Positions 49,115-58,094 of a stretch of 64,000 bases of DNA are shown one piece after another (within the stretch, counting starts at the first letter, position 1; the number at the start of each line of letters is the position of its first letter). The position numbers were made by a program, and so were the translations under genes. The notes beneath the pieces are model-generated. The model was not told where the DNA came from and did no database searches. It saw only the letters and a program-made list of their open reading frames with translations. This stretch comes from Dehalococcoidia bacterium (GTDB lineage: Bacteria; Chloroflexota; Dehalococcoidia; SM23-28-2; RBG-16-64-32), in contig DATKKM010000053.1 of NCBI GenBank assembly GCA_035542855.1, forward strand, positions 7,821 to 71,820, given 5' to 3'.

Positions 49115-51259
49115 CTAATCCTCGGAATTGAACCGCACGTTGCAGGGCGGCGCGTTCACGGGCATTGCGTTCGCGATCTTCAGTACGTCTAGCAGGTCTG
49201 TGGTGTCGATGCTGCCGCTGCAGTCGAAGTCACCGGCGCGGAAACAGGTGACCGCAGCGCTGAGGCCGGCCTCGGCGCGCAGAAAGTTGAGCACATCGAC
49301 GGCGTCGACCGTGTTGTCGCAGTCGATATCGCCTCGCTGGCCCTGCTTCACCGTTAGAGGGACGCTGCCGCCGCTATCGAAGAACTGAGGCCCGCCGGCA
49401 ACCTGGATGAAATAAGTGTGGCCGGCCTGCACACTGGCGAAGACGTAAGCCTCGTTGAGGGGCTCTGAGGCTGCCGTCGGCGCGTCATAGCCGTACGCCG
49501 GGATCGAGTAGGCGCAGCCGATGGTCTGCAGGTTCCCCAGCAATGTGCCCTCCAGCAGGCCCACGAACGCGTAAACATCCACATCGCCGGCCTCTATGCG
49601 CAAGAATTCGTCTTGCGCCGGCACGAACTTGAACCAGACGGTACTGTCCAGGAATACGCAGTCGTGCGGCTCGTTGGCCTCGGAGGAAGAGGCGGCCGTC
49701 TGTGCCGCGCCGGTGAATGGCAGGCCATCGATGGTCGCCGCATCAGCGAAATTGTCGTTGGGCGGCGGGTTGACCCATCTGGCCGTCGCGTTTGCGGTCA
49801 GGTCCTGGCCGTTGGCGGTGGCCGTCACCAGGATCGCATCATCGCCCAAGTTCGCGCCGGCGTAGTTGAAGACGCAAGAGCCGTAGTTGTCCGTGAGGCA
49901 GCTGCCGCTCGCCTGGTTCGCGCCGCTGACCTGGAAGTTGACCGTGACCGCGGCCATCCCGGTCTGGGCCAGCGGGTCGAAGACTGACGCGTACAGCGAG
50001 TTCACTGTACCGCGCGCGAGCGTCGCTGACTGCGGGGCGGCTGAGAGTGCCAGCGGCACCGGCAGGTCGTCCCCTGTCGGGCAGACGGGAGGCGAGGCCG
50101 CCGGGCCCCCTGCGCCGATCTGCACCGTCGCCGGCAGGCACGCCACCTCACGCTGCGCTGTGCCGCCGTCCGTTGGGTCTTCGGGGAAGTGGTCGCAGGC
50201 GTCACCGATCCCATCCATGTCGCCGTCCGTGTCCACCGGGTTGGAGATGAACGGGCAGTTGTCCAGGCGGTTGGAGAAGCCGTCGCCGTCAACGTCGGTG
50301 CCCACCTGGCCCGCCGCGTCGCAGGAGGACGGGATGCCGTTGCCGTCCGCGTCCGCCGCCGGCGAGAAGGCGCGCGGATCCCAGTTTGGATCGGCGCTGT
50401 AAGGGCAGGGGTCCAGCTTGTTCTCGATGCCATCGCCCTCGCTGTCCCACTGGCTGCGGATGAACGACACGAAGCTGTACTGGCCGGCCGCATCCGGGTT
50501 GCGCAGCAGCTGGCTGCCCGCCTCGTTCGCGGCGGTCGATGGGTTGTCTCGTGAGGTCCCGAAGTCCACCAGGTCAGTGCCCAGCGGCGTGCAGAAATCG
50601 TTGATGTTGGACTGCAGGGTCGGCGAAGCCGGGTCGTTGAGGAACACCATCGTCGGGTAGCCCAGGCTGGGATCGAGGGCGGGGACGCGAGGGATCGCGG
50701 CGCCCGGCTGGAAGATCACGAAGTTGATGTACGTTGGCACCCCGGCGACGAGCTGCTGGCCGTACAGCCGCTGGATCGGCTGCAGGCCCGGCGTCAGGCG
50801 CGTCAGGAAGTCCGGGTAGCGTTTGACGTTCTCCACCACGCCGTCGCCGTTGTAGTCGGCGCCTCCGGAGTAGAGCGGGATCGTGCTGTTGGTGTCGGTG
50901 CTCGCCTCCAGCAGGTCGAACGTGACCGGGAGCGCCGTGTTGCAGCCGTTGTTGAAGAGACCGAGCGTGGACTGCGCGTTGAGCCGCCCGGCCAGCGCTC
51001 CGTCGGGCACATCGGCGTCCGCGGCGATGTGGAAGCCCGCGGGAATGAACGTGATGATCGCGTCGAAGTTGTAGTCCGGCGCCGGAATCGAGAGCTGGAG
51101 GTCGATGTCAGAGACACCGCCAGGCGTGGGGTCGGTGACCGAGGCCGCGATGACCGGGTCAAACGCCGTCGCCTGGGCGCCCTCGCGGCCGACAAACACC
51201 AGCGCGAGGAATGCCGCCAAGGCGACGGCGATGCCGATGCGAGACGCGATTGCCCCCAT
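49115..51259 (-). CDS. secreted protein with thrombospondin type-3-like Ca-binding repeats and C-terminal dockerin-like repeats
   Basis: Signal peptide. TSP3-like DxDxDGxxDxxD repeats (DVDGDGFSNRLDNCP, DTDGDMDGIGDACD). C-terminal GDIDCDNTVDAVDVLNFL and GDFDCSGSIDTTDLLDVLKIA. Confidence 0.65.
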   Translation of the reverse strand: MGAIASRIGIAVALAAFLALVFVGREGAQATAFDPVIAASVTDPTPGGVSDIDLQLSIPAPDYNFDAIITFIPAGFHIAADADVPDGALAGRLNAQSTLGLFNNGCNTALPVTFDLLEASTDTNSTIPLYSGGADYNGDGVVENVKRYPDFLTRLTPGLQPIQRLYGQQLVAGVPTYINFVIFQPGAAIPRVPALDPSLGYPTMVFLNDPASPTLQSNINDFCTPLGTDLVDFGTSRDNPSTAANEAGSQLLRNPDAAGQYSFVSFIRSQWDSEGDGIENKLDPCPYSADPNWDPRAFSPAADADGNGIPSSCDAAGQVGTDVDGDGFSNRLDNCPFISNPVDTDGDMDGIGDACDHFPEDPTDGGTAQREVACLPATVQIGAGGPAASPPVCPTGDDLPVPLALSAAPQSATLARGTVNSLYASVFDPLAQTGMAAVTVNFQVSGANQASGSCLTDNYGSCVFNYAGANLGDDAILVTATANGQDLTANATARWVNPPPNDNFADAATIDGLPFTGAAQTAASSSEANEPHDCVFLDSTVWFKFVPAQDEFLRIEAGDVDVYAFVGLLEGTLLGNLQTIGCAYSIPAYGYDAPTAASEPLNEAYVFASVQAGHTYFIQVAGGPQFFDSGGSVPLTVKQGQRGDIDCDNTVDAVDVLNFLRAEAGLSAAVTCFRAGDFDCSGSIDTTDLLDVLKIANAMPVNAPPCNVRFNSED

Positions 51260-51321
51260 ACGACCCCCTCGATCTGAGTGAGCTAATGATGGGCCCGGTC
51301 CGCCGGGCTGTCAACCGGCGC

Positions 51322-51798
51322 TCAGCCCGCTGCCTGGATGCTTTTCAGGTGCCCGCGCACGTGATCGATCAGGACGCCGCCCAGGATCAGCTGCTCGGTC
51401 GTGACCTCGGCGCCGTTTGCCAGGGCCAGTGGCGCCTTGTTGTCGAGCTGCTGATCGCTCAGGCCGCGGATGTAAGCCGCCGTCGAAGCGCTGCCATCGC
51501 GCAGCGTCTTCAGCACGTGCTCCTTGGTGACGGTCATCTCCTTCGCCGCGCGGCCGTCGTTTTTGCCGTTGACGTAGTCCCAATCGTAGGTGGGCAGCGG
51601 CCTGCCCTCGGCGCCGGCCGTGATGAACTCCATCTCCAGCGGGAACTGGCCGGCCACGTGCTGCGCGGTGGCCGCTACCGACCACCCCTCTCCCGTGGTG
51701 GCGCTCCATTTCGCGTCAGGGCAGGCTTCGATCTCCTTCGCGAAATCCGCCACGGCCTGCTCGAACTGCTCGGCGAGTGCTGCGCTACGCTGTCCCAT
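51322..51798 (-). CDS. DinB/YfiT-like (DinB_2) family protein
   Basis: About 160 aa, His-containing four-helix pattern (AQHVAGQF ... IDHVRGHL). Start likely at the second Met. Confidence 0.5.
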   Translation of the reverse strand: MGQRSAALAEQFEQAVADFAKEIEACPDAKWSATTGEGWSVAATAQHVAGQFPLEMEFITAGAEGRPLPTYDWDYVNGKNDGRAAKEMTVTKEHVLKTLRDGSASTAAYIRGLSDQQLDNKAPLALANGAEVTTEQLILGGVLIDHVRGHLKSIQAAG

Positions 51799-51873
51799 CG
51801 TGCTCTCCTTCCGGAATTTCACTACCGATGTCTGGAGTCTAGGCGACGCCGCGCGTCTTGCCAGTGACGGCGC

Positions 51874-52944
51874 TCACACCAGGCTCGAAACGTAGTCCCC
51901 GATTTCGCTCGTGCCCATGCCCATCTTCCCGGCGGAGAGCGACTTGATCTTGCCCGAGCTCAGCGACTTCTCAACCGCGGCCTGGATCGCCGCGCCCGCC
52001 TCGGCCTCGCCCAGGTGCTCCAGCATCATGCGCCCGGCCTCGATCGCGGCCAGCGGGCAGATCACATTCTGGCCGGTGTACTTCGGGGCGCTGCCGCCGA
52101 TCGGCTCGAACATCGAAACGCCTTGCGGGTTGATGTTGCCGCCGGCGGCAATGCCCATCCCGCCCTGGATCATCGCGCCGAGGTCCGTGATCACGTCCCC
52201 GAACATGTTCTCGACGACGATGACGTCGAACCACTCCGGGTTCTTGACGAACCACATGCACGTCGCGTCCACGTGGGCGTACTCGCGCCGGATGTCCGGG
52301 TAATCCTTCTCGCCCACCTCGTGGAAGGCGCGCCACCAGGTGTCGTGCACGAACGTCAGCACGTTCGTCTTGCCGACGAGGTGCAGCTGCTTGTCCTTGT
52401 TCCGCTTGCGGGTGAGGTCGAAGGCGTAGCGGATCGCCCGCTCAGCGCCAAAGCGCGTGGTCATGTGGATTTGCGTGGAGACTTCGTGCGGCGTGCCCTT
52501 GTACTGGATGCCGCCCATGCCGCTGTACAGACCCTCCGTGTTCTCGCGGATGACCACGAAGTCGATATCGGCGGGGCCCTTGTCCTTCAGCGGGCAATCG
52601 ACACCGGCGTACAGCTTTACCGGGCGCAGGTTGATGTACTGGTCCAACTCGAAGCGCAGGCGGAGGAGGAGGCCCTTCTCCAGGATGCCGGGCTGCACGT
52701 CCGGGTGGCCGATGGCGCCGAGGTAGATCGCGTCGAAGCCGCGCAGCTCCGCCAGCACGCTGTCCGGCAGGATGTCGCCCGTCGACATGTAGCGCTCGCC
52801 GCCGAGGTCGTAGTGCTCCAGCTCCAGCTTGAAGCCGAACTTCGCCTGTGCGGCATCGAGCACCTTCAGCCCTTCGCGGACCACCTCCGGCCCGGTCCCA
52901 TCGCCGGGTAGCACCGCAATCCGATATCGCTTGTCCTTCGCCAT
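51874..52944 (-). CDS. isopropylmalate/tartrate dehydrogenase family (decarboxylating) dehydrogenase
   Basis: IAVLPGDGTGPEV N-terminus, NLRP..., and GSAPKYTGQN... motifs of the IMDH/ICDH fold. Leucine-pathway versus tartrate/D-malate specificity is not resolved. Confidence 0.8.
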   Translation of the reverse strand: MAKDKRYRIAVLPGDGTGPEVVREGLKVLDAAQAKFGFKLELEHYDLGGERYMSTGDILPDSVLAELRGFDAIYLGAIGHPDVQPGILEKGLLLRLRFELDQYINLRPVKLYAGVDCPLKDKGPADIDFVVIRENTEGLYSGMGGIQYKGTPHEVSTQIHMTTRFGAERAIRYAFDLTRKRNKDKQLHLVGKTNVLTFVHDTWWRAFHEVGEKDYPDIRREYAHVDATCMWFVKNPEWFDVIVVENMFGDVITDLGAMIQGGMGIAAGGNINPQGVSMFEPIGGSAPKYTGQNVICPLAAIEAGRMMLEHLGEAEAGAAIQAAVEKSLSSGKIKSLSAGKMGMGTSEIGDYVSSLV

Positions 52945-53052
52945 GCGTGTATTCGCCTCTCTAGTGGGGATGCGAGGTCGATACTAGCACGCGAGGGGCT
53001 GTCAACGAATGGCTGCGCCGGAACGGATAAACGAATGCGACCGTTCGCGTAA

Positions 53053-53085
53053 GGGCGAATGGCGTTCGCCCAGACGCCGCGCAAC
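53053..53085. repeat. REP-like palindromic element (GGGCGA-ATGGCGT-TCGCCC family), copy 1
   Basis: GGGCGAATGGCGTTCGCCCAGACGCCGCGCAAC. Near-identical copy at 54493-54523. Confidence 0.6.
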
Positions 53086-53126
53086 GTAGGGGGGTGACTT
53101 TCAGGTCGCCCGGGGCTGGGCTGGGC

Positions 53127-54416
53127 CTACGGCGTTACGACCTCGATCTCTGAGAAGGCCTGCCTGTCCGGCTGCGCGTAGGGCGCGTCAAGCGTCCAAT
53201 CGATGTCGTAGGCTCCGGGCGCCAGGTCTGCGGGAACGGCGACCTGCATCGCGAACAGCGCGTGGCCGCCCACGGCGATTGTCCCCGCCGGCCGGCAGTT
53301 CAGGGCGTGCGTATCGTACACGGCCTTGTTGCCGACGATCAGGATGTAGTTGGGGCACACGTCGCCGAAGGAGAATGGGCTGTCGGACACGTTGGTGATC
53401 TCCACCGCGAAGTTCAGCTCCTGGCCCGCGGCCGTCTTCGCAGGAAGCTGGGCAGACGTGATGAGCGCGACCCTTGGCGGCGGCGGGTGGATCGTCTGCT
53501 CTTCTGGAACGAACGGCCCGAGGTCCGGGCCCAGGCACTTGCCGCTCTCCTCCTCGGGTATGGTGAAGGCGCCTCCCCCAGGCATCGTCAGCCGGATCTC
53601 CGAGACCGCTCCGCTGCCCTCACAGGCGCCTGGCGCCGGGTCGAACCCGCGGATGCTGAAGAGCGCGCGCGCCGCCGGGTCCTCTTGGCCCGTGGAGCCG
53701 ATTGAGCCGCCGGCGGCCAGCAGCGCCGGCGCGCACTCCAGGGGCGAGCACTCCGCTTGTTGCCCCGTCACAAGCACGTCGCCGGCGGCGCCCAGGTACT
53801 GGAACGAGGCCGCGCTTCCAGAAAGACGACACGGTGCAGCCGAGACGTTGGCGATCACGAATTCGACGAAGGTGTAGCCGCCCGCGAACCGGCTGCCCGT
53901 GTACACGCCTGCGAGCTGGTCGCCGCGACACTCGGGCGTGGCCAGGATCAGCGGGTCGACGGTTGGCGTCGCTGCTGGGCTGGCTGCGTACGGCGCTGGC
54001 GTCGAATCCACCCAGGCGATGGCGCCAAACGGCGATTCGAATGGCGAAGGGGTCGGACTCGCGCCGGGGGTGTGATCCGCGCCGGCGCCGCCTGGCCCCG
54101 TCGTAGAAACGGCCCAGGCCAGGACCACGACTCCGGCCACTGCCGCGGCCGCCCCTGCCGCCAGGGCCAGCTTCGCCGCCAGCCCCCACGCGCCCAGCTG
54201 CCGCCACCAGCCGCCCTCCTCGGGCATGGCCAGCGCCGACGCTTCCTCCCGCGTTGCCACGCCGAGCTTGGCCAGTATCTGCGAGACGTGGAACTTCGCG
54301 GTGTCCGGCGAGATGCCCAGCCGCGCGGCGATCTCCTCGTTCGTCAGGCCGATATGGATCAGCGCGAGCACCTCTCGCTCGCGCGGCGTCAGGGCGGTGC
54401 GGCGCTCACCCCTCAT
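53127..54416 (-). CDS. membrane-anchored regulator: N-terminal LuxR-type HTH, single TM, large extracytoplasmic Cys-containing domain
   Basis: LTPREREVLALIHIGLTNEEIAARLGISPDTAKFHVSQILAKLGV at the N-terminus, a TM helix (LAAGAAAAVAGVVVLAWAV), and a C-terminal beta-rich domain about 300 aa long. Confidence 0.65.
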   Translation of the reverse strand: MRGERRTALTPREREVLALIHIGLTNEEIAARLGISPDTAKFHVSQILAKLGVATREEASALAMPEEGGWWRQLGAWGLAAKLALAAGAAAAVAGVVVLAWAVSTTGPGGAGADHTPGASPTPSPFESPFGAIAWVDSTPAPYAASPAATPTVDPLILATPECRGDQLAGVYTGSRFAGGYTFVEFVIANVSAAPCRLSGSAASFQYLGAAGDVLVTGQQAECSPLECAPALLAAGGSIGSTGQEDPAARALFSIRGFDPAPGACEGSGAVSEIRLTMPGGGAFTIPEEESGKCLGPDLGPFVPEEQTIHPPPPRVALITSAQLPAKTAAGQELNFAVEITNVSDSPFSFGDVCPNYILIVGNKAVYDTHALNCRPAGTIAVGGHALFAMQVAVPADLAPGAYDIDWTLDAPYAQPDRQAFSEIEVVTP

Positions 54417-54492
54417 GGGCGCATTGTCGCGCTGGCGTCGGTGCGATTTCTACTACCCGCAACCTGCGCAAATCTGGGGCGCGATGTCGTGG

Positions 54493-54523
54493 GGGCGAAT
54501 GGCGTTCGCCCGGCCCGCGCAAC
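54493..54523. repeat. REP-like palindromic element, copy 2
   Basis: GGGCGAATGGCGTTCGCCCGGCCCGCGCAAC. Confidence 0.6.
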
Positions 54524-54546
54524 TGCGCACGCCACACCGGCCGCCT

Positions 54547-54570
54547 GGGCGAGCGCCGCTCGCCCCTACA
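54547..54570. repeat. REP-like palindromic element variant (GGGCGAGCGCCGCTCGCCCCTACA), copy 1
   Basis: Identical 24-mer at 56332-56355. Confidence 0.6.
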
Positions 54571-54611
54571 CGAACAGTTCTGCGGTTGATCTGCGAAAGT
54601 CTGCGGCTAAG

Positions 54612-55130
54612 TCACGCAGCGCGCTTTTCGGACGGCTCGCGTTGCGGCAGCGGGCGCAGCTCCTGGCGGGCTAGCTCGCTGAAGAGGCCGCGGAAGCCGA
54701 TGAGGCCGCTCATCGCGTAGACGGCCAGCAGCGGCCAGGAGCGCCAGCGCTTGAGGTTGCTCGCGCCCAGGTTGGCGAAGAGCATCCAGGTGGCGGCGAT
54801 GAGCCCCGGCACGAACCAGATCACCGCGAAGGCCCCCGCCAACACCCGCAGCGGCGTCTTCTTGAACCCGATGCCGCGGTCTACGAAGAGCAGCCAGATC
54901 AGCCCGCCGAAGCCGGCGATGCCCAGCGTGCGCTCGGCGGCGGAGGCCTCGTTCGCCTTCCAGATCGTGAAGAACGAATTGATCAGCGCGATCAGCGTGT
55001 TGCGTCCGCGCACCTCGGCCTCGCTCTCCGCGTCCTCCTCCGTGAAGTCGTATATCTCCTCCTCCACCTTGCGCCCGAGGTTGCGCAGGCGGTTCCAGAG
55101 GCCGCGAATGTGATCGTTACGCTTGGTCAT
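54612..55130 (-). CDS. hypothetical membrane protein
   Basis: 172 aa with three or four hydrophobic segments. Start overlaps the upstream ABC ATPase gene stop by 14 nt. Confidence 0.4.
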   Translation of the reverse strand: MTKRNDHIRGLWNRLRNLGRKVEEEIYDFTEEDAESEAEVRGRNTLIALINSFFTIWKANEASAAERTLGIAGFGGLIWLLFVDRGIGFKKTPLRVLAGAFAVIWFVPGLIAATWMLFANLGASNLKRWRSWPLLAVYAMSGLIGFRGLFSELARQELRPLPQREPSEKRAA

Positions 55131-56163
55131 CGTCCAGGTACATCGGGTTATAGCACGCGGTGAGGTGGCCGTCTCCCTCCACCGGCGTCAGCCGCGGCGC
55201 CGGCTCTATCCGGCAGATGCTCGTCGCCTTGGGGCAGCGCGGCAGGAACGGGCACTCGTCCGGCAGGTCGATCAGCGAGGGCGGATTGCCGCGGATTGCC
55301 AGCAGGCGTCCCAGCTCCTCGCGGTCCTTGTCCCAGCGCGGTCGGCTCTGCAGCAGAGACCAGGTGTACGGGTGACGCGGCCGCGCGAAGACCTCCTGCG
55401 CGGTGCCGTACTCCGCGATGTGGCCGGCGTACATCACCGCCACGTCGTCCGCCATCTGCGCGACGACGCCGAGGTCGTGGGTGATCAGCAGGATCGACGT
55501 CTCCTGCTCCCGCTGCAGCTTCTGCAGGTCATCCAGGATCGCAGCCTGCACCGTCACGTCCAGCGCTGAGGTGGGTTCGTCCAGGATCAGGACGGAGGGC
55601 TGAAGCGCGGTGGCGATGGCGATCATCACCCGCTGCGCCATACCGCCGGAGAGCTGGAACGGGTAGCGTTTGACCACATCGGCCGGGTCGGGCAGCCCGA
55701 TACGGCGCAGGACGTCGATTGCCTGCCTGCGGGCCTCGCGCTTGGAGACGGCGAGGTGGTTGGTGATGATCTCCTCGACCTGCTGGCCGACGGAGAGAAC
55801 GGGGTTCAGGCTGCTGGAGGGGTCCTGGAAGACGATCGCGATCTCCTTGCCGCGCAGGAGCCGCATCTCGTCCGGCTGTAGCGCGAGCAGATCGCGCCCT
55901 TCCAGCAGGACGTGGCCGGCGGTGATCCTCCCGGCAGGCGAAGGCAGCAGGCCCATGATGGCGAGGGCGATCGTCGACTTGCCGGAGCCGCTCTCCCCCG
56001 TGAGCACGAGCGTGCGCCCGCGCCCAAGCGAAAACGAAACGTCGTTAACGGCTCTTACGATCCCGTCCGGCGTTGCGAACTCGGCTCGGATGTCCTGGAC
56101 CTGCAGGATGGGGTCGTCCAAGGGAGACCTTTCGTGTCTGGCGCCGCAGCGGCTGCGGCACAC
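55117..56163 (-). CDS. ABC transporter ATP-binding protein, oligopeptide/dipeptide type (OppD/DppD-like)
   Basis: GESGSGKST, LSGGMAQRV and ILDEPTSALD. A C-terminal oligopeptide-ABC extension ending in a cluster of four Cys. The exact start is uncertain. Confidence 0.8.
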   Translation of the reverse strand: MCRSRCGARHERSPLDDPILQVQDIRAEFATPDGIVRAVNDVSFSLGRGRTLVLTGESGSGKSTIALAIMGLLPSPAGRITAGHVLLEGRDLLALQPDEMRLLRGKEIAIVFQDPSSSLNPVLSVGQQVEEIITNHLAVSKREARRQAIDVLRRIGLPDPADVVKRYPFQLSGGMAQRVMIAIATALQPSVLILDEPTSALDVTVQAAILDDLQKLQREQETSILLITHDLGVVAQMADDVAVMYAGHIAEYGTAQEVFARPRHPYTWSLLQSRPRWDKDREELGRLLAIRGNPPSLIDLPDECPFLPRCPKATSICRIEPAPRLTPVEGDGHLTACYNPMYLDDDQA

Positions 56164-56331
56164 GCATTATACCTGTTAGGCGTTTCGCTCATGTAACGAA
56201 ATGGCACAACGCTTCCGCGCTCCACCTGGGTGTTCCGCCGGCACGCTGGGTGGCCGCGCCGCCCGCCCGACAGGAGGTGGGGGACACCCCAGGCTCTGAT
56301 TCGGTAACCAGCCCTCACACGTCGCCCTTCA

Positions 56332-56355
56332 GGGCGAGCGCCGCTCGCCCCTACA
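56332..56355. repeat. REP-like palindromic element variant, copy 2
   Basis: GGGCGAGCGCCGCTCGCCCCTACA. Confidence 0.6.
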
Positions 56356-56529
56356 GGTCAGGGCCGTGTGCCCGGCATCCGAAAGAGCGGAGGCCTTCAG
56401 GCCTCCAAAACGACATCCGGACGAGCCACTCTCGCCGGGAAGGCCAACGGAGGCGGAGCTGAAGCCCCGCTGCTACGAGGGGGCCCGCCGCAATGCGCTT
56501 ATCCGCTGCGCCGCGGGCAACCCGCTGTC

Positions 56530-57165
56530 TTACATGCCCCGGAAGGCCGCGATAACCTTGCCCTGCACCTCAACGTTGCCGGCATCCGTGTAGATCGGGT
56601 CCATCGTCGAGTTGGCGGGCTGCAGGCGTATCCTGTCGCCCTCGCGGAAGATCTTCTTGAGGGTGGCCTCCTGCTCCTTCTTGAGCCAGGCCGCCACCAT
56701 CTCTCCGTCCTTGGCGTTGGTCGTCGCCTCCAGCAGCACAACGTCGCCGTCGTTGACCAGCGCGTCGATCATCGAAGTGCCCTTCACACGCAGTGCGTAA
56801 ACGTTCTCGCGGTTGCCAAGCATATCGGGCGAGACCTCGATGCTGTCGGACGGGTCGGCCTGCCAGGTGTCAGCGGAGGGCACCGGGATCGGCTGGCCGG
56901 CGGCGATCGTCCCGATGATCGGCACCGGCACGATGCGCCCGCGCCGCGCTCCGCCGTGCGTCACCTCGATCGCGCGGGAGACCTCCCGGTCGCGGCGGAT
57001 GTAGCCCATCCGCTCCAGGATGCGCAGGTTGTAGTCCACCACCGACGTCGAGCTGATCGAGCACGCCTCCTGTATCTGGCGGATGCTCGGCGGGTAGTCG
57101 TGGTCATCGATGAAGTCACGGATGTACTCGAAGATCCTGCGCTGCTTGGCCGAGATGTCTTTCAT
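56530..57165 (-). CDS. lexA: LexA repressor
   Basis: N-terminal winged HTH and a C-terminal S24 peptidase (GTSMIDA ... K). Start at Met 57165 with a GGAGG Shine-Dalgarno. Confidence 0.9.
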   Translation of the reverse strand: MKDISAKQRRIFEYIRDFIDDHDYPPSIRQIQEACSISSTSVVDYNLRILERMGYIRRDREVSRAIEVTHGGARRGRIVPVPIIGTIAAGQPIPVPSADTWQADPSDSIEVSPDMLGNRENVYALRVKGTSMIDALVNDGDVVLLEATTNAKDGEMVAAWLKKEQEATLKKIFREGDRIRLQPANSTMDPIYTDAGNVEVQGKVIAAFRGM

Positions 57166-57222
57166 GAGTCCTCCAATCCGCTCATCCTGAGGCTCCCGAA
57201 GGATCACCTTCTGAACGGCAAG

Positions 57223-57236
57223 CGAACCTATGTTCG
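57223..57236. promoter_or_regulatory. SOS box (Cheo-type CGAAC-N4-GTTCG)
   Basis: CGAACCTATGTTCG, 58 nt upstream of lexA. Confidence 0.65.
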
Positions 57237-57253
57237 CCCGCTCTCACCATAGA

Positions 57254-57266
57254 GAACCATATGTTC
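57254..57266. promoter_or_regulatory. second SOS-box-like palindrome GAAC-N5-GTTC
   Basis: GAACCATATGTTC. The spacing is one nt longer than canonical. Overlaps a plus-strand TTGTCA-N18-TACAAT promoter (57269-57297). Confidence 0.45.
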
Positions 57267-57359
57267 GGTTGTCAATACGCGCGTGGCATCGCTACAATCC
57301 GACGCAACGCTAACGAAAAGTGAGCCCGCTCACAGCGCGAGCGGCGAACGAGCAATACG

Positions 57360-58091
57360 ATGCCAGCCGGTCTGGAAGACGTGAGAGAGCCTATGCCCGA
57401 AGAAGAAGGCCCCAGGAAAGCCCTGATCATCTCCGCTCACCCGGACGACTCCGAGTTCGGGGCGGCCGGGACGTCTTACCTCTGGACGCAGAAGGGCTGG
57501 GAGATGCACTACTGCATCGTCACGGACGGCTCCAAGGGCAGCGAAGACCCGAAGATGACGAAGGACGTACTGGTCCCCCTCCGCAACAAGGAGCAGCGCG
57601 CCGCCTGCGAGGTCGTTGGCGCCAACTCGGTCCAGTTCCTCAACTACACAGACGGCGAGGTCACCTACAGCCCGGCCATCATGCGCGACATTGTCCGCGT
57701 GATCCGCACCATCAAGCCATACGCCGTCTTCAGCCACGATCCCAACCAGATCGTGCGCAACATGTTCATCAATCACCCCGACCACCGCGCCGTTGGCGAG
57801 ATGACGCTCGACGCCGTCTATCCCATGGCCCGCAACCGCCCGACCTTCCCGGAGCTCCTGGACGAAGGGCTGGAGCCGTACAGCGCCAAGGAGGTCTACC
57901 TCTGGACGGCCTCCGACACCAACTTCGACGTTGACATCACGGACGTGCTGGACAAGAAGTTCGAGGCGCTCTCCAAGCACGAATCGCAGCTCGATGACTT
58001 CGAGGGGCTGAAGGACCGCCTCAAGATGTTCTGGCGCGATCCGGACGGGCGCTACCTGGAGCGCTTCCGCCGCATCCTCATCCCCTTCTAG
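57360..58091 (+). CDS. PIG-L/LmbE family N-acetylglucosaminyl deacetylase
   Basis: ALIISAHPDDSEFGAAGT ... HPDH metal-binding pattern. Divergent from lexA. Confidence 0.75.
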   Translation: MPAGLEDVREPMPEEEGPRKALIISAHPDDSEFGAAGTSYLWTQKGWEMHYCIVTDGSKGSEDPKMTKDVLVPLRNKEQRAACEVVGANSVQFLNYTDGEVTYSPAIMRDIVRVIRTIKPYAVFSHDPNQIVRNMFINHPDHRAVGEMTLDAVYPMARNRPTFPELLDEGLEPYSAKEVYLWTASDTNFDVDITDVLDKKFEALSKHESQLDDFEGLKDRLKMFWRDPDGRYLERFRRILIPF

Positions 58092-58094
58092 CCG

